Part shown: in pieces, positions 51,296 to 63,998 of the stretch | How the letters are laid out: every line of letters begins with the position of its first letter | Numbering within the stretch: position 1 is the first letter of the stretch | Source of the DNA: Paraspadella gotoi | Taxonomy: Eukaryota > Animalia > Chaetognatha | Direction of reading: 5' to 3' | DNA length: 63,998 nt | NCBI GenBank assembly: GCA_051294375.1 | Contig: CM119263.1 | Location: forward strand, 27,186,004-27,250,001 | Made by a program: the position numbers and the translations under genes | Notes under the pieces: generated by a model | Told to the model about the DNA's origin: nothing | Database searches by the model: none | Seen by the model: the letters and a program-made list of their open reading frames with translations, nothing else

Positions 51296-54200
51296 TTTCG
51301 AGTTTTAGGTTTTGAAAAGTGAAAACATAACAAAAACGAAAAAATTGGCCCTGGATTTTGTCGCTCGTTTTGTGGCGAGAGAAATTTGAAAGATGTTTAC
51401 GAAAAGATTTCGAATCGGGGGCGGACGACGACGACGACGATGACGACCAAAATAATGACAGAGATAGAAATATAACCAAGATGAGATGAGCCGAGGTAAC
51501 ACGAGATGAAAAGGCGACATCGAGAGCAAATGAGGATCAATAAAGAGGAAGACGCGACGGACGACAAACACGGAACGACAAGCGACGACGACAAACACGA
51601 TGACGAACGACGACGCACGACAAGCGAAGAAATGAGGACTGTAGAGAGTCGGTGCGTCGAGGAAAAGGCGACGTCTCGAGAGATGAAGTTTATTATGATA
51701 TGGAATCGAAAAAGAGAGAGAGGAGAGGAGAAACGAGAGAGAGAGAGAAGACGAGGAGGAGAGAGAGAGAGAGAGGAGAGAGAGATTGAGAGAGAGAGAG
51801 AAGAAGAACAAAAAAACGAAACCAAATGAGAACCGTAACAATCTATTTTTATGACGAGCGAATCTGGAAGAACAAAAAAAAAGTGAAAACAAAAACAACG
51901 GAGAAAAAAGCGAGAGAGAGAGGAGGACAGGAGAGAGTGAGAGACGGATGAGAGAGAGAGAGAGAGTAGAGACGAGAGAGAGAGAGAGAGAGAGAAGAGA
52001 GAGGAGAGATTCGCCCCGACCCACGACGCTTATGTTAGTCCTCTTNNNNNNNNNNNNNNNNNNNNNNNNNNNNNNNNNNNNNNNNNNNNNNNNNNNNNNN
52101 NNNNNNNNNNNNNNNNNNNNNNNNNNNNNNNNNNNNNNNNNNNNNNNNNNNNNNNNNNNNNNNNNNNNNNNNNNNNNNNNNNNNNNNNNNNNNNNNNNNN
52201 NNGAAAAAGGCATTTTTCGTTTTTCAACCCCGGTGAAACGAATTTCCATGGAATAAATCTTCGGCGCGGGGATCCACTCCAAACCCGAATGCAAATCGGT
52301 GAAAGGGGAGGGGTGGAAGAGGGGGAGAAAGTGTGGGTTGTGGAAGAGACACTGTGAATCTTGTGTGGTTGAATTGTGGAGATGTGGGTTAAATTATCCT
52401 CGGTTTTGGAGACAAAGGGATGGAAGAGAAAAGGAAAGAAGGGGAAAGGGAACTTCGCCGAGAAGGATTTGTTTCCTATCACAAAATCTAATTCTTTGTC
52501 ATTTCTGTCAGCTTTGTGTCATAAGATTCTTTTTTTTTTGAAATATTTTTAAAATAGTTCATGGATGGGGTATTTTGTGTTGTATTAGTTTCAACTAACG
52601 TCATGTCACCCATAATATCATGTTTAGATTTTGTTTGTTATAATTTGTTTCAAACAAACATCATCACCGTCCGCTCCGTCAGAATTTTTCATATCATTTT
52701 CTGTCACGTGAATATCTGTCACTTCACGATTCTCGCTTTCTCTGTCACGAGACACTGAAATCTAATCTGTTTTTCGCGGAAGAGAAATTTCAACTTCGCG
52801 CCATTCACGTTTCCGGACATTTCTTTCTTTTTTTCTTCTTTTTTCTTTTTTCTTTCTTCCTTTTTTCTTCCTTTCTTTTTACCTTTTTTTTCTATTCCTT
52901 TTTTTCGTATTTTCTTTTCCATCTGTCTTTTTTTTTCTCTGCCAAATCCTCAAAAACTTTAAATGTCACCTCTTTTTCCTTTTTTCGCTTCTGAATTTTC
53001 ATATTTCTTTCTTTCTTTCCCGAAAGCTCGTTGAAAATGTAAAATACAATTTACTTTGTAGATGCATCGCAACGTCTTTGTAAGATTCATTTAGGCGAGT
53101 GATATCGCAATTAGTTAATACTCATTTGTGACTTGGTTCTGATTAACTTTCTGAATATTTTAGAGAGATATATTAAGATAAATTAATAATAGATAATCAA
53201 AATCATTGATTCATTGTAAGTTATGCTATTAGAGATATGTCACCGCTTCGACCGAAATTCTCGGTTCTCTCGAATTTTGATTTTTCTCCCTTTTTTCCTC
53301 GTTTGCCATTTGAAGACGAAAAAATGTAGACTCTCGGTCTTGGGCCGGCTAAATGTCGAATTGTTATTATTAATATAAATTTTTACCTTAAAAAACAAAA
53401 TTTTTACATCGGAATTTTATAAAATATTTACCTTCGCATGAAAAAAAGGAGACTCACTCTTCCGAGCCGAGTTTCTCAGGAATTCCGGAATGCCGGTGAA
53501 AATATTTGTGTTTATGTTAAAACCCAGTAATTAGCGGCGGCTTTCTTTTCTCTCTTTTGTTTTTCTTTTTCCTCGGCCTTTTGTTATTCTTTTCGTTCTT
53601 CTCCTTTTCCGCCAGTCGTCGCTTCGCTTTTAAAAGCCGCGGTCCCGAGAAAAAAAGAACATCGCCCCGGATCCCGAAACCGAAGGAGGCGGCCGATTAT
53701 TGGAAATGGGTTAAAACAGCAGCCCGGTTAATTAAGGATTTTGAGTCGGTGGGTCTCTCTCTCTCAATCTCATCTCCCTCTCTCTCTCGGGAAAAATTAG
53801 TCCATTCGGGTTCGTGAAGGGTGGTCCCTCGTTCCCCGGTCCCTAACTCGGAGAAAAGCCTTTTGATTTTGGAAACCACAAAGACTTTTAACGATTGAGA
53901 AGGAATCCAATCTCATTCTAAAACTAATTATTACATTTTTTTAATGTTTGTTGACACACAACCAAGTTGAGGTGATCGTTTAAAATTACGACGGAAAAAT
54001 TGACGTCATTAAAACAATATCATTTAGTCATCCCGTTTACTATTTTTGTCCCAGATAAACATTTGCTTGATTTTCATTCGCGCCTATTGTAATTTAGAAG
54101 TTCACATCTATAGTATACCCATCGCCTTCATTTCATGCTTCAATATTAATTCTGTCCAGTCAGAAATGACAATTGACCAATGACCAGCCCTCGTACATAC

Positions 54201-55701
54201 ATTTCCCTGAACCCTTATCATTTCTACCCACAATGAATATCCCGTCCTCTCTAAATATCTCCCTTTCTTTCTCATTCCTGCCCAGTGGCCACGGTCCTCC
54301 ACCAGTCTTTCCTCATTCTTCCCTTGTCCTTCCAAGTCCTTCCTCCACAATCCCCCCCCCCATTTCGGTCCGCCCCCGATGTTTACGGTTCCAATTCTGG
54401 TCGTTAAGCGCGAAGCCATATAACCTCGTCGCCCGTCATTTTATTTCTTCTTTTAATTACTAGTCGCTTTTATTTTAACTCGCACGCATTAAAAACTTTG
54501 ATCACCGCTTTTTTTTTACTTCGGACGTAAAAATAACCAAGAATTAAGTTCGAAGGGAAAATTTGAGAATTTAAAACGTGATCGTCGGTCTTGGGAGACG
54601 ATATGGTCAGAGTGATGAGTGACGGTTATTAATTATATATATATATTTTATATATAATATATATCTATATATATGAAATTGTTACAACCAATATAAATAT
54701 TATCTATTCCATATATATATTATATATTATTGATGGTAACTATTGTGGTCTATGGGGGATGAGTACGAAGTATTGTCTTTTTTGTAGTAGATTTTCTTGT
54801 TGTTGTTGTTGTTGTTGTCGTCGTTGTCTTTTGTGGCTTCTTATACAGCGCCTTCGTCATAGAAATTAGCAATTTCTTTTACAAAAATTTGGATCGTCAA
54901 AAGGGTTGGATGAAAAAGTAAATTAGCCTTTTAATTTAAATCCAACTAAAAAAAAAACAACATAAAAATCTCCGCCCTGTTCCGCCAAACCAGGTGCGAA
55001 AATCGTCTTCGTCATCGTTATCGCTGTCATCTTTGTGCCATCATATTTTGTCATCCCTCAGGTTCCCCACTATCACAATATCATAATCATAGGTTTCTTC
55101 ATGTTTTTTTTTTCGCGCGCTTTCCTGATCCCGCTGAGTCCATCAAAGCGGGAACAAAGATTCTTTTTTTTTTTTTAAATCTCATGTTTAAAATTAAATT
55201 TAATTATATCCCTCACCGTCTGATTGTTATTATAGATTTTTTACGATTTTTATTATGATTTTTATCGACGTCGATGTCCGCTTGACTGATTTTGATGATT
55301 CGTATTTTTGTATATTAATAATAAATTCGTTATTTTACGCTTCGAACATTTCGATCTGAAAAATGACGACAACAACGACGACAACAACGACGACAACAAC
55401 GACGACGATCGTAAAAACCGAACCCTCTGGACAAGAACGACCCCGGCAGGTCCCGGGATCGCGTCTCCAAACAGGAATGACTTTTCTTATTTCCCGATTG
55501 ACCGCGCAACCGAGATGGAAGTCCGTCCTCGCTCGAACGCACGTCCGCGCTCAGGTCCGGACAGATTCCCCGCTTTCCTTCATTTTCATGTCCATTTCGA
55601 GTCCATTTAATCGCCCTTTCCCTTCCATTTCGAATCCATTAGCCCGAAAATAATTCGCCGTCGCTTTTGAAGCGCTAAAAAATTAATTGGTCCGTCAAAC
55701 G

Positions 55702-55747
<46 letters not shown>

Positions 55748-57276
55748 AAACATTTATGGCCTCGAATAAACAAAAATCGTTAAACCGAAACGACTTTTGG
55801 TTTAAAAGTATTATTAAGTTTTTAAGTTTCCTTCTCTATCGTCGAACGTCCAGCGGCGAGAGAAACGAGGGCGAACGGCCACGCCTCCTGAGAATCTTCT
55901 TCGGAGAATTGTGTCGATTAAAATCTAAAGATCACGGATTCGAATCCCTTACATTTTGAATATTACTATTCACTTTATTAGGTCTTAAATTTTTAACAAT
56001 CGATATATTACATTCCTTATAAAAAAATTGAATAAAAACAATAACCGTATGAAATTTAACAGAATTCTCATAGAAAATTTTGTGAACTTTTCATCACTAA
56101 ATTAGAAGAATCGTTTTCTCTGCCAAAAAAAAAGAACATTTTCGAAACGCAATATTTTTCACTCTACACAAAAATCCTTCACCTAAATTCTTTCTTTTTC
56201 TCCGAAAATAAATAAAAAGAAAAAAGAAATAATGCCAATTTTTGTCGCAGTAATAACAATAACAATAAAGTCGCCGAAGACAATAAACAATAAACGAGGA
56301 AAAGAAAAAAAAAATAAAAGAGGAGACAGAAACGGTGCGAAAATCTTCGTCGCCGCCCACTCGCCTTTTTATCTTTTTTTATTTTTTTGTCTNNNNNNNN
56401 NNNNNNNNNNNNNNNNNACGATTTCTCCCGCGCCGGAAACCGCAGGGAGGAGTCCGAGCATAAACTGTACCCTTCACCGGCATCCCAAGCCCGGGCACCC
56501 GCTCCCGCACCTTGCCCAGGCTCACCGCCCCGGCATAGTTCCACTCCCTTTTCCGCTAAAACGTCGCAAATGAACGTCTTTTTTTTGTGGGAGAAATTTT
56601 TGTCGCTTTTTCTGTTTGGCTCGAGGTAAAGAGGGGGGAGGATTAGGGAAGCGGCGGAAGGGGGCGTGGCATCGCTAGCCGGGACGCCTTCGACGGGCGG
56701 AGACCGTAACGTTGCCGCTGGTCGTAAGCGTGAGGCAGTTTGTTTATCATGGTCACTTGGCCTATTACCGCGCAGGTGTTTTCTCCTCTCTCTATCTCTC
56801 CTTGAGTTTCTCTCTCTCTCCTCTCTCTCTCTCTCCTCATCATTCATCTCCTTTCTCCGTGCTCTCTTCTCTCTCTCCCTACTCTCTCTCTCTTCTCTCC
56901 GTTCTCGCGGGGTAAAACGATTGAACCGTTTTTAAATTATCCTTTTCCTCTCCGCCGAAGTAGAAAAGGCGAAAAGAGAAAAAAAAACGAAAGAAATTTG
57001 ACATTTTACAACTTTTTTCTTTTTTTTTCTTTATTTTCCTTTTCTTTTTTTTTTTTTTTTTTTCAATTGGAAAATTTCAGATTGTCGGTGGGACAAAAAA
57101 AAAAATTTCCTTTTTTCTTTTTTCGAAGTAGAATCGCTTTTCAATCGAAAGGGAAAAAAATCAATTGAAAACTTTTTTTTCTTAAAGTTTAGGGAAAAAG
57201 AATTTGTTTGATTATAAAAAAGACGGAACCCACACTCCTGAGAGAGAGGAGAGAGAGAGAGAGAAGAGAGAAGAGA

Positions 57277-57314
<38 letters not shown>

Positions 57315-58103
57315 AATCGTCGGCGAAGACCCAATGTCACCCATAACCATTAGGGTCGGATTACGGGACAGGTGCGAGCGAGGGAGAGAGGGAGGGAGGG
57401 AGAGGGAGAGGGAGAGGGAGAGGGAGGGAAAAACGATGGAGAGAGAGGGAGGAAGGGAGGAAGAAAGTTTGGGAAGTCGTAGATTAAAAGTAGGAAGAAT
57501 TATTTTTAAGCCTGTTGACGCTTTTGACTTCTATTTTTTAATTGATAATTTTACAAAAAATCTTAAAAATCTGGTTTCGTTCTCATTATATTTTTTTTGA
57601 CAAGGAGTCTTGAATTAATTAGTCAACGTGGAGATCAAAGCTGAAAAATCATACCACACCCAAATTCGGTTTTTCCCCTTTTCTCTTCCCTTTTCTATTT
57701 TCTTTTTCGAGATACTTTATAACCGACCTTTACCTTTACCACTCCAATTTTTTCTAACACCCACTTCCCATTTTCCACCTAAACCACCTTCCACCACCCC
57801 TTTCTCTACCACCATCCCCCCACCTTCATCCTCCAACCTGCGAGGAAATGATTTCCTTCGCGATAATCGTTATCGTAATGACAAGAAAAACGTCGCTGAA
57901 TCGTGGCTGGAGAAGAGATGGGGAAGAGGAGGGAGCGATTGATGGGGAAGGGGGATGTAGTGATGTAGTGACGTGGGTGAAAACCGAAAGGAAGACGATA
58001 ACGTCGTCGATAACGTCGCCCAACGACCGAAATAACGTCACTCCGTTTACCTACAACGATCGGTTCAGAACGTTCTCTCTCTCTCTCTCTCTCTCTCCTC
58101 TCT

Positions 58104-58170
<67 letters not shown>

Positions 58171-58472
58171 GATTTTTGGTATCTTTATTATGTAGTTCAA
58201 TTGCCATCATTTCTCGTTGGTCTCTGCGCTTTGTTTTTCTTCTTCGTTGTTGTTGTCGTCGTTTTTACTTTTTTTTTTTCCCTGATGATGTTCGGTTTTC
58301 CATCAAGTTAGTTTTTATTGTCGTCGTCGTCGTCGTCGCTTTTCTTCATCGACAATCGGCAACGAAAGCGATTTCCGGGAAAAGGAAAGTCATCAATACC
58401 ATCAACAACGACAACAACGACAACAACAAGATTGTTTCTAACGACGTCGATTGGGACGATCGACGATTTACT

Positions 58473-58558
58473 CTTTGTTCTTCGTCTTTTGTTCTGTGGA
58501 ATTTGTCTTTTGTTCTGTGTAATTTGTCTTTTGTTCTGTGGAATATGTCTTTTGTTCT
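58473..58558. repeat. 21-bp minisatellite (tgtcttttgttctgtggaatt), ~3.5 copies
   Basis: gtcttttgttctgtggaatt / tgtcttttgttctgtgtaatt / tgtcttttgttctgtggaata / tgtcttttgttc. Confidence 0.9.
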
Positions 58559-59212
58559 TGTTCCGCTGAATTCATCATTCTATTTTGTTCCCGATCGATT
58601 CAAGAGCGACATTTTGATGCATTGCTGCTTCAATGCTGCTGTTACCTGCTGGAGGAATTAGAAACAACAAATTGTATTGTTTTAATCTTTCGATTCCTTC
58701 TGTATCATCTCTCAACTGACTCCTACCCCAAGTGACCCCAAGTGATACTCTCACTCCCTCATCAGCTTTCACCTCAGCTGCGACGTTTTTTTCCGCAGCG
58801 AAAGGGATTCCGTTCCTGACGCATCACAACTCACGAAACTCACTATTCACAAGAGTCACGTCGATGACAAATCCTTTTTTCCACAATTCTGATTTTTCTG
58901 TTTCCAATTTAGTTTTTTTTTTCACAGGCGGTTTTCCAAATTTTCTGTCTGCGTTTCTTTTTTTGTTTTTTAATTTTTTTAAGTTATACTTTCTTTTTTC
59001 GCGATTGAATGTTTAATAATGTATATCTAAAGTTACCTCTACGGGACATTAAAATATTTTCGAGAATATAATTATTTAATTTAATGAATAGAAGAAATAA
59101 CAAGGTTGTATGTTGTATTTAATATAAAAAACCACAAAAAGTTATTTCCTTTTAAAACAGGATCCGATTCCAATACTACGATTCAGTTATCGATTCCCAT
59201 TGAAACTTCCAC

Positions 59213-59216
<4 letters not shown>

Positions 59217-59291
<75 letters not shown>
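59217..59291. repeat. (CT)n microsatellite, representative of dozens of GA/CT tracts in the window
   Basis: Perfect dinucleotide array. Similar tracts lie at 11942-11982, 25575-25649, 25797-25881, 27490-27555, 58075-58167 and 60775-60880, and next to many N-gaps. Confidence 0.97.
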
Positions 59292-59294
<3 letters not shown>

Positions 59295-59514
59295 ATTTCT
59301 GATTAAACCGCCTACCTCCCCTTTCCTCCCGCGATTGTGATTAAAGCTTCTTTCCATCGGCGCTCCCTTGGCGCGACGCCAACCGCGCTCATCGCGCCAA
59401 CAGCGCCACTTCCGGTCTCGGGCTTCCGAGGTTCAGTCCACTGCACCCGGGAGTCGTTAGGGTCCGAAGCGAAAAGTCGTAGAAGTCACGACGCCGGGTA
59501 ATGATGCGGAGACG

Positions 59515-59665
59515 GCTGGGGTGATTGAGGTGAGGGCTCCTTGGGTGATTGAGTTGAGGAATACTTGGGTGATTGAAGTGATTGAGGCGAAGTGGCCTTG
59601 GGTGATATAAATGACGATTTCTCTGGTGATCTTGAGTCAAATTCCTCTTCTTTGGTGATTCGATT
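59515..59665. repeat. Degenerate ~24-bp minisatellite with core (ctt)gggtgattgag
   Basis: gggtgattga occurs at ~59519, 59543 and 59567 (24-bp period), with decayed ggtgat copies at ~59601, 59625 and 59654. Confidence 0.8.
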
Positions 59666-60018
59666 TTGCTTGTTTTATATAAAGTGCTCCTTGAGGGATC
59701 ATATTCAAAGAGAGAGATCAGATTCAAAGTGATTATCAATTCAGTGATTATCTTATTCAGTCTCGTACTACAGTAATTACCAATTTCCATCAAATTTCTA
59801 TCTCCTTTATTTACAATACTTTGCAATACTTATTAGAGAGAAGTGTCTCCCAATGAACGAGCGCAATGTCTCATTCATCTTTCCTTCATCAAAGACTCGT
59901 TAATAGTGAATCGCTTTCTCGAAGTCGATCATCTTTTTTTTCCCATGGAACAAACGCGATCTTGAAAGATTGGCGTTCGTGAATCTTCTTTGATAAATTA
60001 CTTGATTTTTGTTCTGTA

Positions 60019-60058
60019 ATGCTTGCTGCCTTGATTGCTTGCTGCCTTGATTGCTTGC
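60019..60058. repeat. 16-bp tandem repeat tgcttgctgccttgat, ~2.5 copies
   Basis: Directly visible. Confidence 0.85.
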
Positions 60059-60768
60059 TCGCTCGCTTGAGATAAAGACATCGGAGTGGAGACGGAAATC
60101 TCAAGAGGGACAACCATCTGAACAGATCTTCAATCGAGATGAGATGAAAAATGATGACATGAAATCAGAAGGGATGAACTCTCAAGTCAGACTGCCATAA
60201 AGAGTAATATTTCGTCGAAACTTGTCTTAAAGACGTTTTAAAATGCTTAGATTGAAAAATTTAGTGGCATCTTTTCTTCCAGATTCCAACCAAATCTGCA
60301 AAAAGAGTAGAAAAAAACAATTAAAAAAAGTAATAAACAAGAAAATAGCAATAAAAAAGAAAAATCCTCTAAACTCGTAAATTTTTAGTGATTTTTCGAT
60401 TTTTTCAATTTTCTTCTTCGAGAAAAGAAATTTCGTCGTCGTCGTCGTCGTTGCCGTCGTCGTCGACGATGACGTCGTCGTCGTCGTGAAAAAAAGAGAA
60501 GAAAATTGAAAAAAAATTCCAAAACAAGATGGCGGACGTCTTGACGCCGGCCGGAAACGCCGGTCCGGGGCGCCCTTCGACGCCGGGAAACGTCGAGACG
60601 CGTCGAGTATTAAATCGGTTTTTCGATTGAAAGTCATAAACTTTGCCGGGGTGGGGGAGGGGGCGTTGGAAGAAGGGGAGGGGAGGGGGAAAGGGAAATC
60701 ACCTGAGGACGGCGAAGCTTGGAGAAAGAGATGGCAGTGAAATGTGCGGAAAAAAAGAGGGAAGAGAG

Positions 60769-60867
<99 letters not shown>

Positions 60868-62289
60868 AGAGAGAGGAGAGAGAATGAACGTTAGTGACTA
60901 AATAAAAAAAAAGACTCCACTCAATAGCTTCATATTTCAAAAAAGAGTTTTTTGTTTCGTGTTGCGAATACGAAGCCGAAAAGTTTCCTATTTATCTTTT
61001 GTTTAACTTTTTTTATTTTTGTTTTGTGGAAAAAAAAAACATAAAAACGAAACGTCAGTCAAACTCGAAAACAAAGAATCGGAAGGTGACGCGTTTATCT
61101 CGAGAACGCAACAATCACTACGCCGCCGCCGCGCCGCTCCGCCGAGACAGCGCCGCCATCAACCTCCGACGCCGACGTCTGGCGTCGCGTCGATAAATTC
61201 TTTTTCCCTTCCGTTTTTAAAGAAGATTAAAAATCTTAATCTGAAAACCGATCGGGAGACGGAGTCAAAAATGACGATAACCATGACAACCGGAAAAAAG
61301 CGACGACGGAAAAAAAGTTTCAGATGATGAGGAAAAAAGGATGACAACTGGAAAAAGGTGGATGACAGAGAGATGACAGAAAAACTAAAATATTTGTGAT
61401 AATGATGGTTATGAAAAAAGACAGTTATATTTGAAATATTAAGATCTCTTGTAATAACATCCTTTACAAACTTTAAAAATCTAAGAAGTAAAAAAAAAAT
61501 ATGAACTGTCAATTTATTAAAATGGTTGAATTTTTTATCTTTTTGATTACCCCTTTAAAATAAAACTTTATTCCCCACACTATTTTTTTGTCTACCCGAC
61601 GCTTTACTGATCTGCATTTAGCGTTTGGACCTCAAAATATTACATCAAGAAAAATGTTATTCCCCAATTTTTTCCCTTCTCTGTTTATTATTTCCACAAA
61701 GAGAAAAAAATCTTTAAAAAAAAATAGTTTGGGGAAAATTCGAATCGTGAACCTGGTCGTCATCGTCGTCATCGTCGTCGTCGTCGTCGTCCAGATTCGA
61801 TTCAGGTGGTAGGTGTGGCGTTGGCACCGCGCTGTTGGTGGCGGTATCACCGCCCGGCAGGTGTCGTAGCAGGAACGGCGCTGGCGGTGTTGGCGGTGCC
61901 GTCGTTGTCGGAGATGACGGCCGCGGCAGCGGCGGTTGCGACGGCGACGGCGGCTGCGTCCGCTGATTCACCAAACATCAAATTTTTTTTCTCTCGATTT
62001 TCTTTTGGGTTTTAGTGATTAAACACTCATCTTCACTCCTCTCGCCTGCCTTACCCGCCACTCGCATCCCTTATATTTCACTCCTACCCGCTACCAGCGC
62101 CACCTGCCAGCCCACCAAGAGTGAAAAAAAATCGGCGCAATCATCTTTCTGGTTTATGAAAAAAAAATACTAAAATTCCTTTTTTTTAAATAATAATTCC
62201 GTGAGAATCCCTTTGCCGGAGGAAAATCCGGTAAACAAATCTGCTAAACATCGAATTAGAAAAATGCAAAGCATCGAATACTAATGAAA

Positions 62290-62338
<49 letters not shown>

Positions 62339-62638
62339 CTCACTTCTACTCTCTCTCCGCTCTTTGTCTCGAAATATTCATCCCAACCAGAATACGCTTT
62401 TTTTATTTTACTTTTCTGAAATTAAATACTTATTTTTTTTTTCGAAACTGAAAAAAAATTAAAATTCGAGTCAACGACTAAAACTAATTAGATGTCATCT
62501 TGTGTTTCAGCTGCGATTATGAAAACAAACAGGAAGAAAAGAAAAACAGAGAGAACGAGTTAGAAACCTTGCCTCTTTTTTTTTTTTGGAAAGTTATATG
62601 ACAAAAAAGGTATTTTTTTTCAGTTCGACATCGCCGAC

Positions 62639-62670
<32 letters not shown>

Positions 62671-63998
62671 CGATGACTACCACGATCACCCGAAAATGAC
62701 TAAGATTTTAATTATGGCAAAATCTGAAAAATGATGAAGACGACGACGACGACGACGACGATTAATACCGGGTCTTTAACACGTAATGAGCGAGAAAAAA
62801 TCAATTCAGATCGTTTGTTTATTTTAAATTTTAATCTTCAAAAAAAATCCAAGTGGGGTCAGAGGTCAAAGGAACATCTCAGGTGCCACGTGTTTTATTT
62901 TGTGTTTGTTTTTTTTAACAAAAAATACGTATGTGTAAAAATATAAAAATGATTCCATTTTCTTTAGATTAGTAAAAAAAATTAATTTAACCTCAGTGTC
63001 ACTATAATATCGACGATTCCTAACGGGAATGAAAAGAAACAGGTTTTTCAGAGTTGCCTTCGTTATTTAGTTTAGTTAGTTAGTAAATATAAAAAATACT
63101 CTTGCATGAAACATGAAATATAATCCCTGTTTATCATGTGATAAGTAAACATTAGATTTGAATCGTATTTTTACAAAACGTCATTTTAAATTTACAAGGA
63201 AAATATCGTTATGGTTGGACAGAACATCTTTTGAAGATTCCATTTTAAATCGGTTAAATTAATATAAAAATTTACAAAGCATTGGGAACTTGTGTTGACT
63301 AGATATCTAATGGATCGGGGCGGATCAGAGTGAACCGGGGTGGCAGGTGGACGAAGTTTCGAATATCTGGAGAGAGAAGAGAGAGCAAGATGTGGGGAGA
63401 CGAACACGTCGAGGAATAAAGCGACGCGAGTCACAAAAAAAAAAATCTGTTTTTCGATTTCTCTGGTGATTTCGTCGATGGATAACAATAATCGTTCGAC
63501 ATTCGTTTTATGCGGCGCCCATTGTCTCTCCGCCTCCGGTCCCCGATTATTACGATCGTCCATTGTCTTTCGGTCCTTTGGCCAGGGAGATGGCGCTGGT
63601 CACTGTCTCCGTCAGAATGGGGATAATTCTGTGGACCCTATTGGTCAAAATGGAATGACGTCGTCATCGTGATGGCGGACGACGACGACGAAGACGACGA
63701 CGAAGACGACGACGAACGACGAAAGTGACACCTTCGCGTCCGCCTCGATGAACGATCGTCCTCACACTTTTCTCCTTCTTTCGTCCAAAGAGGGATGGAC
63801 CCGTGTTTCCTTGGCCCCGTCTCTTGGCTCCAGACTCTGTCTCTTCAAGTCCTCTCCATTTTTCTCTTTCTCATTTCTCTTACTCACTTCATTCATATTT
63901 TCTTTTCCATCACCTACCCATCTTTTATCTCCCCTCGTTCCTATTTCCCTTCCCCCATTCTCTCATTCCTACATTCATTTATTTCCTCATTCGCTTAT

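Noticed and set aside
57086-57100. tcggtgggac match to the 5' end of miR-278
   Set aside because: It is followed by poly-A, with no 3' match and no precursor hairpin.
58473-58558. Short direct repeats considered as a CRISPR array (also 59515-59665 and 26478-26600)
   Set aside because: The units are head-to-tail or degenerate without unique spacers, there are no cas genes, and the context is eukaryotic.

Overview
Eukaryotic, most likely invertebrate, genomic DNA from a gappy draft assembly. It has about 20 N-runs and dense (GA)n, (GAC)n, (TTTC)n and (TTCA)n microsatellites, and most of the ORF track is low-complexity noise. One gene is well supported: a compact multi-exon DEG/ENaC (ASIC/pickpocket-family) channel on + (39890-41738). 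A second likely coding exon (35078-35723, +) encodes a signal-peptide-like segment and a Ser/Thr/Pro/Asp-rich region, with no downstream exon found. Much of the first 25.5 kb is redundant: ~16290-25505 is an indel-rich second copy of ~7560-16100, and ~780-6134 is a far noisier copy of ~1-760 plus ~6600-8070. This looks like long reads or a second haplotype inserted during gap filling. A compositionally distinct 6.1-kb block (41795-47915) lies between two ~90-bp direct repeats of the channel gene's 3' end. The most interesting small elements are a minimal Penelope-type hammerhead ribozyme motif (near-complete in one copy, deleted in the other), a ~650-bp TTAA-flanked palindromic MITE, and a cluster of five RFX X-box-like motifs. 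I cannot support a genuinely new multi-gene system from this sequence alone.
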